Shown here piece by piece: positions 19,518 through 26,902 of a DNA stretch of 64,000 nt. Position 1 is the stretch's first letter. Each line of letters begins with the position of its first letter. The stretch spans positions 120,729 through 184,728 of the IMG/VR virus record IMGVR_UViG_3300047476_000982; one strand, 5' to 3'. The DNA is from a virus. The notes under the pieces were generated by a model. The model was not told the origin of the DNA and searched no databases. It worked only from the letters and a program-made list of their open reading frames with translations. The translations under genes were made by a program, and so were the position numbers.

Positions 19518-20821
19518 TAGTCTACTTTTTTAAGTTTAGGAAGTTCTATCTTCTTTAGTTGAGGAAGTTGCAGTCCTACTTGTTTTGGTATCTTATCTAA
19601 GTAAGTGGCAAGTAAGTTTTTCATCTCATCAAATGAAAATTTAGTTTTAGATGTATGAGATTGTCTTTTAGCAAGTTCTTCATACTTAGAATATTTTTCA
19701 TAAACATTCTTTAAGTGTGTACTTGCTTGGGTAATATCTGGACTGAACCACATAGACTCTGGTAATATCATATTTTGTACTTGTGCTGATGGATGGACGT
19801 TTTTTAATTCACCTCCAATAAAGCAGCAGAATTCTCTATCAAGAAAATCTATATGTCCTGACCAAGCTGATACAATAATTGGCTTTTTGCTAAGAGTGAA
19901 CTCTAATAAAGGTCTACCAAATCCTTCACCCTTAGTTAAATTAAACATTGCTTTTACTTTAGGATGATTATAAAGATTATTAATGTCTTTGTCATCTAAT
20001 TCACCATGGAGTAAATATACGCTAGGTAAATCTCCGTCAACTGTATTTTTAATAGAGTCTATCTTTTTAAGCATTTCATCACGATCCATTATACTAGATC
20101 CTGCACCAGATGTTTTCATTATTAATGCAGGTTTATTTTTCTTACCTTTAAATGTTTCTAGAAATGTTTTTAGCATTAAGCTAGTATTTTTTCTATCTTC
20201 ACCAATTTCTCCTTGAAGCCAATGTCCTACATATAGAAAACAAAACTCTTCTTTAATTTCGTCTAATTCAAGCACTACATCTGTTTCTTCAAGATCTTCA
20301 TCTTCAATGTAAAAGTATTTATTTAAATCTACTCCTTCAAATAAAACTTCAACTGGTTTTTCAAGTTTAATTACTCCAAGAACTTGATTTTGTTGGTCTC
20401 TTTTTTCAAATGTAGATTGTTGAAATACTTTTTTAGAATGTTCTGAAGATACTAAAGTTATATTCATTCTATTAACTCCTTCAATCCAACTAGGATCGCA
20501 AATTGTAGTTTCAATACCAGCCGTCAAACCTATATTATATTTTCCAATAGGTTGAAATTCATTTGGTACGGTAATTTGAATCCAAATGTCTGGTTGTTTT
20601 GGTAATTGAGGGATTTGAAGTATTAGGGATTCTAACCAACTATACTCTTCTTTATTGTCTTTGATATATCCCCAAGGAGTAACTCCCCAACGTTGAGATA
20701 TGATTTTAATATCATACTCATCTTTTTTTAATTCATATAAAGCTTTAACAAAGTCTCTAGATCTAGCACCATAACCTGAATATGTGTCAATAGGACAACT
20801 AATTACGCACAACTGTTTCAT
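19517..20821 (-). CDS. GT4 family glycosyltransferase
   Basis: SGYGARSR, DRKN, KGEGFGRPLLE, WSGHIDF. Confidence 0.88.
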   Translation of the reverse strand: MKQLCVISCPIDTYSGYGARSRDFVKALYELKKDEYDIKIISQRWGVTPWGYIKDNKEEYSWLESLILQIPQLPKQPDIWIQITVPNEFQPIGKYNIGLTAGIETTICDPSWIEGVNRMNITLVSSEHSKKVFQQSTFEKRDQQNQVLGVIKLEKPVEVLFEGVDLNKYFYIEDEDLEETDVVLELDEIKEEFCFLYVGHWLQGEIGEDRKNTSLMLKTFLETFKGKKNKPALIMKTSGAGSSIMDRDEMLKKIDSIKNTVDGDLPSVYLLHGELDDKDINNLYNHPKVKAMFNLTKGEGFGRPLLEFTLSKKPIIVSAWSGHIDFLDREFCCFIGGELKNVHPSAQVQNMILPESMWFSPDITQASTHLKNVYEKYSKYEELAKRQSHTSKTKFSFDEMKNLLATYLDKIPKQVGLQLPQLKKIELPKLKKVD

Positions 20822-20822
20822 A

Positions 20823-22265
20823 TTAATAAACTAAAGGGTGTACAATTTTTTTTCTTTCTAATTTTTCTGTTTTAATTAATTCAAACTGTTTTTTAGGTTT
20901 GAATGTATTAATAGTTTCATTGATAGTAGATATAACATTATCGCACATATGATTTGCACTCATCATAGATTCATTAGATAGCGCCCATTCTCTACCTGCC
21001 ATACCTCTATTATTTCTTTCATCAGGAGATAAGTTATAGCAATCTTCTATTGCTTTAGCAACGTCTCTAAAATCGCATCTATCATCATAAATGTAAGGAG
21101 TCGGTATAGATCCTACTATACTAATATTTGTTGGAAATACTGGTAAAGACCATTTACCGTGTTTTTTATATCTTCCAAAATGATTAGAACAAAATTTATC
21201 ATTGAAGTCAATCCACTTACCATCTTCATCTTCAAATCTCATTTGATCTTGCATTCCTCCTGTGACGTTTGCTATGATCATTTTGCCTGCCATCATAGAT
21301 TCAGTTAGAGACAATCCCCAACCTTCATTAGAAGATATTAGTGCAGTTACATCAGACATATTGTAAAGTAAATTTATATCTTCTGCATTAAGTCTTACAT
21401 CTGAAAAATATACTTTTTGATATTCTGGATTACATAGCAATTCTGTAACAGCGTTTAAATCAGTTCCATTTTCATCTGCTCTTTGAGTGTGCATTAATAA
21501 AGCACATTTACTAGCTTTTTCTTTTCCTATCTTATCACAGAAAGTAGCATACGCAGCAATTAAATCAGAAGTACTTTTTCTTCTAATATTTCTAGCATTA
21601 TAAAATACAACAAACTCAGGCTTAAAATCACCAAAAATTTCTTTTTTCTTTTTTTCTAATGCCTCATTTTGATTCTGCATAAATTCAGTAATAGGATAGA
21701 ATATCTTTTCATTAATTCCATGAGGAACATATTTAAGAATTTTCCCTTTTACTTTATCTCCTAAAACCATTTTATTTATATTAAGAGTTTGTTTTGATAT
21801 TGCCATCAAAGCATCACAAGAATCATAAAATGATTTATTATACAACGGAGCAGGAAGATCATCCCAAATATTTAAATAAATCATAGGTATTTTTTTCCTA
21901 ATCTCATTTTCCATTTGAAATAACCATACCCAATATCTAGGATCTGTAAAAAACATTATTGCATCAGGCCTTTCCATTTCTATAAGCTGCCTAATTAATT
22001 CAGGACTTCCATATCCATTAATAGGGTAAATAAAAACAGAAGAATCATTTATGCCCATGATCCTATTTGTGTCAGCAGATATGTCCAATTTTTTTCCTTG
22101 ATCAGGATGATTAATTGCACCACCTACATTTACCCAATTAAATATATGAGAACTTCCCACAACTATTTCTCTAGCCATTGTAGAGATACCACTTGTCATT
22201 CTAATATCATCACATAGAAAAAGAATTTTTTTTCTTTGTGTTTGAGGAATATAACCATTTATCAT
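20823..22265 (-). CDS. GT4 family glycosyltransferase
   Basis: RNIRRK, SNEGWGLSLTESMMAG, TGGMQDQ. Confidence 0.88.
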   Translation of the reverse strand: MINGYIPQTQRKKILFLCDDIRMTSGISTMAREIVVGSSHIFNWVNVGGAINHPDQGKKLDISADTNRIMGINDSSVFIYPINGYGSPELIRQLIEMERPDAIMFFTDPRYWVWLFQMENEIRKKIPMIYLNIWDDLPAPLYNKSFYDSCDALMAISKQTLNINKMVLGDKVKGKILKYVPHGINEKIFYPITEFMQNQNEALEKKKKEIFGDFKPEFVVFYNARNIRRKSTSDLIAAYATFCDKIGKEKASKCALLMHTQRADENGTDLNAVTELLCNPEYQKVYFSDVRLNAEDINLLYNMSDVTALISSNEGWGLSLTESMMAGKMIIANVTGGMQDQMRFEDEDGKWIDFNDKFCSNHFGRYKKHGKWSLPVFPTNISIVGSIPTPYIYDDRCDFRDVAKAIEDCYNLSPDERNNRGMAGREWALSNESMMSANHMCDNVISTINETINTFKPKKQFELIKTEKLERKKIVHPLVY

Positions 22266-22272
22266 GTGTAAC

Positions 22273-22491
22273 TTATTTTATTGCTTCAATTAAACTAGAT
22301 CCTGTGTAGTGAGTATTATATTGTTCGTGAATACTTTGTCTAAATGCTGAGTCTGTAAGATACATAAACATAGCTCTTTCAACTATATCTTGTAAATTTA
22401 TTTTAGTCTTAACAGATGTTACTTTAAAATCTTCGTATAGAGTTTCAGGTATCTTTACCGATGTTATAACTCTTTTTGATTTACTTACCAT
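22273..22491 (-). CDS. ribbon-helix-helix DNA-binding protein
   Basis: TSVKIPETLYEDFK...INLQDIVERAM strand-helix-helix pattern. Confidence 0.65.
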   Translation of the reverse strand: MVSKSKRVITSVKIPETLYEDFKVTSVKTKINLQDIVERAMFMYLTDSAFRQSIHEQYNTHYTGSSLIEAIK

Positions 22492-22550
22492 ATTTCTTTT
22501 ATAATAAATATACTAGAATATACAAATAAATATGTAAATAAAAAAATATT

Positions 22551-23456
22551 TTATAGAGTTTTATTACACAAGTCTGGCTTATTTGTATAGGGACAGAACT
22601 TACAACTATTGATATTCTTTGTATAAGATCTTTCTTTATTATGCTTAGCATTGGGATTGAAACATTCTCTTATGAATTTAGAGAAGTCTTCAAATGCATC
22701 TTGCACTTTTTTCTTTCCATTAGCTGGTATAAACTCTTGAACTCTATAAGTTGGATAATCTGGATTAACAAATACTTTTCTCTTTACTATAAAGAATTTA
22801 ACATCAATCTTCTCTTCTGGAACATTCATCGCCTTTGAATAAAACCTCTTGTAAAGAAGTATTTGATTTATTTTTGTTTGATCTTTCTTTTCATAATCAG
22901 ACCATCCTTTAGTTGATGTTTTTATATCATAGATAGTGTATTTATCTACAGCCTTTTCGTATATTATGAAGTCTATAGATCCATTCATAAGAACTCCAGG
23001 GATATCATCTATAACTGGAAGTAGGATAGGAATTTCTATACCTACTAAATCAGATGTCTTTCTGGAAAAGTATTTAGATCTATTTTTCTTGAACCAATCT
23101 AAAGTAGCTTGACCATCTATTAAGAATTCTTTTAACTCTTCTTTAGTACTAAAGTGTTCATTCTTATTGTCTACTAAACTCTGTTTGTAATTCTCTATAA
23201 GTCTATCTTCAAGTATCTTATTTAAGTCAAGTTCATCTGCAGCTTTACCAGATTTTTCATACATAAGTTTTAGATACTCTTGTATAGTCTCATGCATTGC
23301 AGTACCATAAACTAAATATATAGAAGGCTTGAATGAACTCTCTTTCTTTATATAAGTTAAATACCATTGGTATTCGCATTGCTTATAAATAGAATATTGA
23401 GAATAGGATACGGGGGTTTGAGTAGCCCAATTGATGTTTAAATTAGGTTTGGGCAT
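22551..23456 (-). CDS. PD-(D/E)XK nuclease (RecB/Cas4-like phage exonuclease)
   Basis: SYSQY..C, YGTAMHE, GSIDF..YDIKT, QILLY, CKFCPY. Confidence 0.85.
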   Translation of the reverse strand: MPKPNLNINWATQTPVSYSQYSIYKQCEYQWYLTYIKKESSFKPSIYLVYGTAMHETIQEYLKLMYEKSGKAADELDLNKILEDRLIENYKQSLVDNKNEHFSTKEELKEFLIDGQATLDWFKKNRSKYFSRKTSDLVGIEIPILLPVIDDIPGVLMNGSIDFIIYEKAVDKYTIYDIKTSTKGWSDYEKKDQTKINQILLYKRFYSKAMNVPEEKIDVKFFIVKRKVFVNPDYPTYRVQEFIPANGKKKVQDAFEDFSKFIRECFNPNAKHNKERSYTKNINSCKFCPYTNKPDLCNKTL

Positions 23457-23722
23457 TATTTCTTTTTACCTGTAATAATAGATTTAATTTTTTGTAGATA
23501 TAGAATGGCATCCATATGTTCTTCAATAGCGGCTTCTATCCACTGTTCTAAAGACCAATCTTCACGATCTAAAGTAACACCATATTTTTCTTTACCTACT
23601 CTAGAACGATCAATAAACTTATCTACAATTGAATCTACAATAGAATCAGTCTTAACTACTATTCTACTATTAGAATCATTATATGTTGTTATTGTTCCGT
23701 ATATGTCTTTATTCTTGCTCAT
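23456..23722 (-). CDS. small all-alpha NTP pyrophosphohydrolase-like protein
   Basis: RSRVGKEKYG...IEEHMDAILY (KYG + EExxD pattern). Confidence 0.5.
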   Translation of the reverse strand: MSKNKDIYGTITTYNDSNSRIVVKTDSIVDSIVDKFIDRSRVGKEKYGVTLDREDWSLEQWIEAAIEEHMDAILYLQKIKSIITGKKK

Positions 23723-23942
23723 TAGCTAATTCTTTAGGATAAAAGTCTTTATTAACATGTCCACATTTTGTACATACAAATGTTGCAATAGGAATAACTC
23801 CGTCTTGCATTTCTCCTGTCAAAAACTTACTAACCTTACGAAGCATGAGAGCTTCTTGAAATGTTGTATTAGAACACTCTTCGCATACTACTGACGTAGT
23901 CTTTTTTAAGTCTATATTGACTTTCATTCTTTGATCTTGCAT
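23709..23942 (-). CDS. zinc-ribbon protein
   Basis: CEEC...CTKCGH. Confidence 0.65.
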   Translation of the reverse strand: MQDQRMKVNIDLKKTTSVVCEECSNTTFQEALMLRKVSKFLTGEMQDGVIPIATFVCTKCGHVNKDFYPKELANEQE

Positions 23943-24078
23943 ATTATTTATTTTTAAATAGGTCTTTAAGTTTTTTTGCTGGTACTATTGTATTATACTC
24001 ATCATCTATTAATGGAGCTCTCCATACTTCATAAGCAATCCATAGCGCTGCTAATGCAAATAATGCTAAAAGCATAGT

Positions 24079-24330
24079 TTATATTTTTTTAAGATTCCAA
24101 TAAAGTTCTCTTACTTTACCTCCTAACTCTTGATCATTAGGTGTTGAATAGATTAATTCTTCACTTACGGTAATTAACCTTCTACTACGTTCTTGGCTAC
24201 ACATATGTGGTTGATAGCATCCTTGACCAGCACCTTCAACATATCCTATTCTAGTGTCGATGTGATCATTAAATCTGTATGGTGTATCTTTACCACACAT
24301 TACGCATTTGTCAATTGGGTTGTTTTGCAT
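24079..24330 (-). CDS. hypothetical protein with CxxC motif
   Basis: ORF track; CVMCG...GAGQGC. Confidence 0.55.
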   Translation of the reverse strand: MQNNPIDKCVMCGKDTPYRFNDHIDTRIGYVEGAGQGCYQPHMCSQERSRRLITVSEELIYSTPNDQELGGKVRELYWNLKKI

Positions 24331-24407
24331 AACTATTATTTTATTAATACAATAATAAGAAGATATCTTTAAATAGATAAATTAAAAATAATAGTGTAAA
24401 AGATTTG

Positions 24408-24479
24408 TTGCTGTACCTAGAATCGAACTAGGACTTTTTGGACCGGAACCAAATGTGCTATCCCTTACACTATACAACA
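24408..24479 (-). tRNA. tRNA-Arg(CCG), Gln-like scaffold
   Basis: TGTTGTA/TACAGCA acceptor, TTTGG-TTCCGGT-CCAAA anticodon arm, CCTAG-TTCGATT-CTAGG T arm; no encoded CCA. Confidence 0.85.
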
Positions 24480-24488
24480 AAGGAAAAT

Positions 24489-24516
24489 AAAAAAGGGACT
24501 TATTAGGTCCCTTTTT
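24489..24516. terminator. bidirectional rho-independent terminator
   Basis: aaaaaagggac-ttattag-gtcccttttt. Confidence 0.8.
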
Positions 24517-24800
24517 ATTGAGTACACTGCAGTTACCTGCTGTGGTTTGAACAACTCGCAAAGGGTTCTAATGTAAGCTCTCAAACCACGGAGTACTTGA
24601 GTTTCCGAAGCTAGAGCCACCAGTCAGGCTTGATCTGACACCTCTCCCGGTCGGAGTGGGAGGCTTCTACATTGAACTATGGCGGCGAGTATCTTGAAGG
24701 ATACTCAAACCTGCCTTGCGACAGTTTATTCGAGTTGTCTGCTCTAGATAGTTATAAAAACCGATTTAGTCGGCAAGGATTAGCCTATCTAGTCCCTTTG
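24492..24800 (-). ncRNA. unannotated ~310-nt structured RNA embedding a tRNA-like cloverleaf
   Basis: No ORF and GC-richer than the flanks. Ends pair over 9 bp (AAAGGGACT/AGTCCCTTT). Contains multiple stems, a pseudoknot and a GNRA hairpin, with ATATTTAT upstream and a terminator downstream. Confidence 0.7.
24615..24686 (-). ncRNA. atypical tRNA-like cloverleaf (Gly-like D arm, U73, 9-nt anticodon loop, non-TTC T loop)
   Basis: GCCGCCA-TA-GTTCAATGTAGAAG-C-CTCCC-ACTCCGACC-GGGAG-AGGT-GTCAG-ATCAAGC-CTGAC-TGGTGGC-T. Confidence 0.7.
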
Positions 24801-24823
24801 TTGTATTTGTATTTATAAATATC

Positions 24824-25162
24824 TTAACTAAATACAGAAACACCTATAACAGTTCCTATAGTTGCTGATATTAAAAATATAATTTGATCAATTCTAGTAC
24901 CGTATACCATTCTCTGTACATTTAACATAAATGATAACCAAAAAAAGAATGCTACAAAAGTTAATGTAATATCTGCACGCATCGTACCTTCTGCCCATCT
25001 AGCACTAATATTACTTCTCATCATAGCATGGAGAAATGCTGATGTAAACGCTAATACAAACGTAATTGGATTGTAGCTATTTACTTTAAGATACTGTGTA
25101 AATAGTGATTTATTTCCTTGAGTTAATACTTTTTTAATTTTCGGTTTTATTTGTTTTTCCAT
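24824..25162 (-). CDS. multi-pass membrane protein (start MEKQIK; the ORF-track extension overlaps tRNA-Leu)
   Basis: Three or more hydrophobic segments. Confidence 0.6.
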   Translation of the reverse strand: MEKQIKPKIKKVLTQGNKSLFTQYLKVNSYNPITFVLAFTSAFLHAMMRSNISARWAEGTMRADITLTFVAFFFWLSFMLNVQRMVYGTRIDQIIFLISATIGTVIGVSVFS

Positions 25163-25176
25163 AACTGTTAATTTAG

Positions 25177-25263
25177 TACCTGGAGTGGGACTTGAACCCA
25201 CACGAGCTTTTTCTGCTCACAAGATTTTAAGTCTTGCGCGTATACCGATTTCGCCACCCAGGT
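25177..25263 (-). tRNA. tRNA-Leu(TAA)
   Basis: ACCTGGG/TCCAGGT acceptor, CAAGA-CTTAAAA-TCTTG anticodon arm, long variable arm, A73. Confidence 0.95.
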
Positions 25264-25273
25264 TTATTTAATG

Positions 25274-25430
25274 CTGTCAGGGGAGGACTCGAACCTCCAT
25301 GCTGCAATTCAGTATTAGACAAAATAGCCGGCTTTGTGGTCAACCCATATCTAAATACCTATCTTGTTTTTCAGCGCCCACGAGACGAGTGGGTGTGTAT
25401 GCCATGTAGCTACTCTTTCACCACCTGACA
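25274..25430 (-). ncRNA. 157-nt giant tRNA-like RNA (expanded D loop, ~78-nt variable arm, non-canonical anticodon loop)
   Basis: TGTCAGG/CCTGACA acceptor, GGAGG-TTCGAGT-CCTCC T arm, CCCAC-TCGTCTC-GTGGG arm. Confidence 0.75.
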
Positions 25431-25434
25431 ATGA

Positions 25435-25653
25435 TTAAAAAATTCTGTCTTGTTTTTCTTGTTTATACTCTTTGTACTTTCTTACCCAAGTAAAGCTAAC
25501 ATCAACTGCCATCAATACTGGTGCCATTACTAATATGGCTAATGTTTCTAATGCAGGAGATGCATATAGAGGATCTTCATTTCTTTTGGCATAACTTGTA
25601 TACATTTTATATATACAGTAAATTATGCTGATAATGTAAATAGTTAGTATCAT
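25435..25653 (-). CDS. small membrane protein
   Basis: Two hydrophobic segments. Confidence 0.55.
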   Translation of the reverse strand: MILTIYIISIIYCIYKMYTSYAKRNEDPLYASPALETLAILVMAPVLMAVDVSFTWVRKYKEYKQEKQDRIF

Positions 25654-25799
25654 AACGTTTTATTTATTCAAAAATAAGAAGATATTTTGATATTAACACA
25701 ATCAATCTTTAGAGTGATTAATTTTATTGGTTTATAAAGATATTTATTCTTGTACCCACAGTATAAGTTGGGGCATATTTTTAACTTAAATCATTAGAA

Positions 25800-25970
25800 A
25801 TGAAAAAAAATGAATTGTTAGGTCTTATCAGACACGCCCTTACTTTTGTCGGCGGTATTATCGTTGCAAAAGGTTTAATTGATGAGAGCCTATTTCAAGA
25901 ACTCCTTGGTGGTGTTATGACTTTGTTTGGTGCTGGTTGGTCTCTTTGGGAGAAGAAAAAAGCTGCGTAA
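25800..25970 (+). CDS. small 2-TM holin-like protein, 56 aa (not in ORF track)
   Basis: MKKNELLGLIRHALTFVGGIIVAKGLIDESLFQELLGGVMTLFGAGWSLWEKKKAA. ATATTTAT at 25740 upstream, terminator downstream. Confidence 0.7.
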   Translation: MKKNELLGLIRHALTFVGGIIVAKGLIDESLFQELLGGVMTLFGAGWSLWEKKKAA

Positions 25971-25997
25971 TTAACAACACTTTATTTAAAACAAAAG

Positions 25998-26024
25998 AAA
26001 GCCGGTTTATGCCGGCTTTTTTTT
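25998..26024. terminator. bidirectional terminator between convergent genes
   Basis: aaagccgg-tttatg-ccggcttt followed by a T run. Confidence 0.8.
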
Positions 26025-26029
26025 ATTAA

Positions 26030-26366
26030 AAGGCTACTGTTCTTTAACTATTTTATTTTTTGTTTGTTAATTTAGTTTCTAATTTATCTAATCTTGAATC
26101 CAATTGTGAATAAATGTCTTTTTCAAAATTATCAATTCTTGAATGACAATGTCTATTCTCTTCAGCTATATTCTGATAAATTTCACCTACAACTGAATCA
26201 AGTTGTCTTTGGGTATTATCTAATTGATTTTTCACTTTTATTACCTTAACGAAAGCATAAGTAGCAACTATAGCTAAAGCTATAACCACAACGAATGCTA
26301 TCCCTAAAACGAATGATAGTGTTTCCATAATTTGTTTCTCCTTATATGTCAAAGAACAGTAGCCTT
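26030..26366. repeat. 16-bp perfect inverted repeat pair (26030-26045 / 26351-26366)
   Basis: aaggctactgttcttt and aaagaacagtagcctt. Confidence 0.85.
26053..26352 (-). CDS. single-TM coiled-coil protein
   Basis: ORF track; N-terminal TM, flanked by 16-bp inverted repeats. Confidence 0.6.
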   Translation of the reverse strand: MTYKEKQIMETLSFVLGIAFVVVIALAIVATYAFVKVIKVKNQLDNTQRQLDSVVGEIYQNIAEENRHCHSRIDNFEKDIYSQLDSRLDKLETKLTNKK

Positions 26367-26367
26367 G

Positions 26368-26441
26368 TTGACCCTCTCGGGCTTGAACCGAGGACCCACA
26401 GATTATGAGTCTGTTGCTCTAACCAACTGAGCTAAGGATCA
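26368..26441 (-). tRNA. tRNA(CAT): Ile2 (lysidine) or elongator Met
   Basis: TGATCCT/AGGGTCA acceptor, ACAGA-CTCATAA-TCTGT anticodon arm; body resembles ileX-type tRNAs. Confidence 0.9.
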
Positions 26442-26453
26442 ATCTTGATTCAG

Positions 26454-26525
26454 AGCCCCCGCCCAGAATCGAACTGAGTTATCGTGATTACAAGTCACGC
26501 GCATCGCCAGCAATGCTTAAGGGGC
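26454..26525 (-). tRNA. tRNA-Thr(TGT)
   Basis: CGTGA-CTTGTAA-TCACG anticodon arm, CTCAG-TTCGATT-CTGGG T arm; A at position 8 and a 7:66 mismatch. Confidence 0.9.
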
Positions 26526-26527
26526 AT

Positions 26528-26554
26528 AAAAAAAGGAAGCCATTTCTGGCCTCC
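26528..26554 (-). terminator. rho-independent terminator closing the tmRNA/ncRNA unit
   Basis: Minus strand GGAGGCC-AGAAAT-GGCTTCC-TTTTTTT. Confidence 0.8.
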
Positions 26555-26897
26555 CTCTAAAAACATGATGGGAGTAACGATTACCCATAATCCCTGGACG
26601 GACCCCTTTTCACCCATAGTCCACAAAGATGATCAGTCTAAGTGTTAAGACTAGCTGGATTGACTACCAGCAACGCCTGCGGAGATCGTCCGAATTATCT
26701 TCAGCGTATCCAGAGCACTTTCAGGTTGCGCATTCTACCCTCAGTGGTGGTGGTTTTAACTCATCCGTCTGTGATACCCAGCTCAATAGCTTTTCAGCTA
26801 TCTACCAGTGCCTTAGCAGCTCTCAACCACTTATTCGGCCACAGTTTGATAAATGACTTAGCCTGGGACAGTGAACCAGGAGAACTGTGCTAAGTAC
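26528..26897 (-). ncRNA. unannotated ~370-nt ornate structured RNA immediately 3' of tmRNA
   Basis: About 50% GC by eye, with a 5' pseudoknot, many hairpins and repeated UGARA/GNRA loops. The short ORFs on both strands look spurious. Confidence 0.7.
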
Positions 26898-26902
26898 TTT
26901 AG

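Noticed and set aside
24712-24797. HDV-like ribozyme in the 5' domain of the 310-nt RNA
   Set aside because: A 9-10 nt gap separates P3' from P1', and there is no J4/2 strand with a catalytic C.
25234-26893. ORFs 25234..25428, 26629..26856 and 26642..26893
   Set aside because: They overlap tRNA/structured-RNA sequence and have atypical composition.
26840-26897. HDV-like/theta ribozyme at the tmRNA 3' end (P1-P2-P3-P1'-P2' topology)
   Set aside because: No G.U first pair, P3 is 5 bp and not adjacent to P2, and there is no J1/4 G or P4. Only the pseudoknot topology is kept.
26555-26897. RNase P RNA or group I intron
   Set aside because: Isolated look-alikes (GGGTGAAAAGGG, GATAAATGACT, ATAGTCC) fall on different strands or in the wrong order; GAGGAAAGUCC and the P7 R element are absent.
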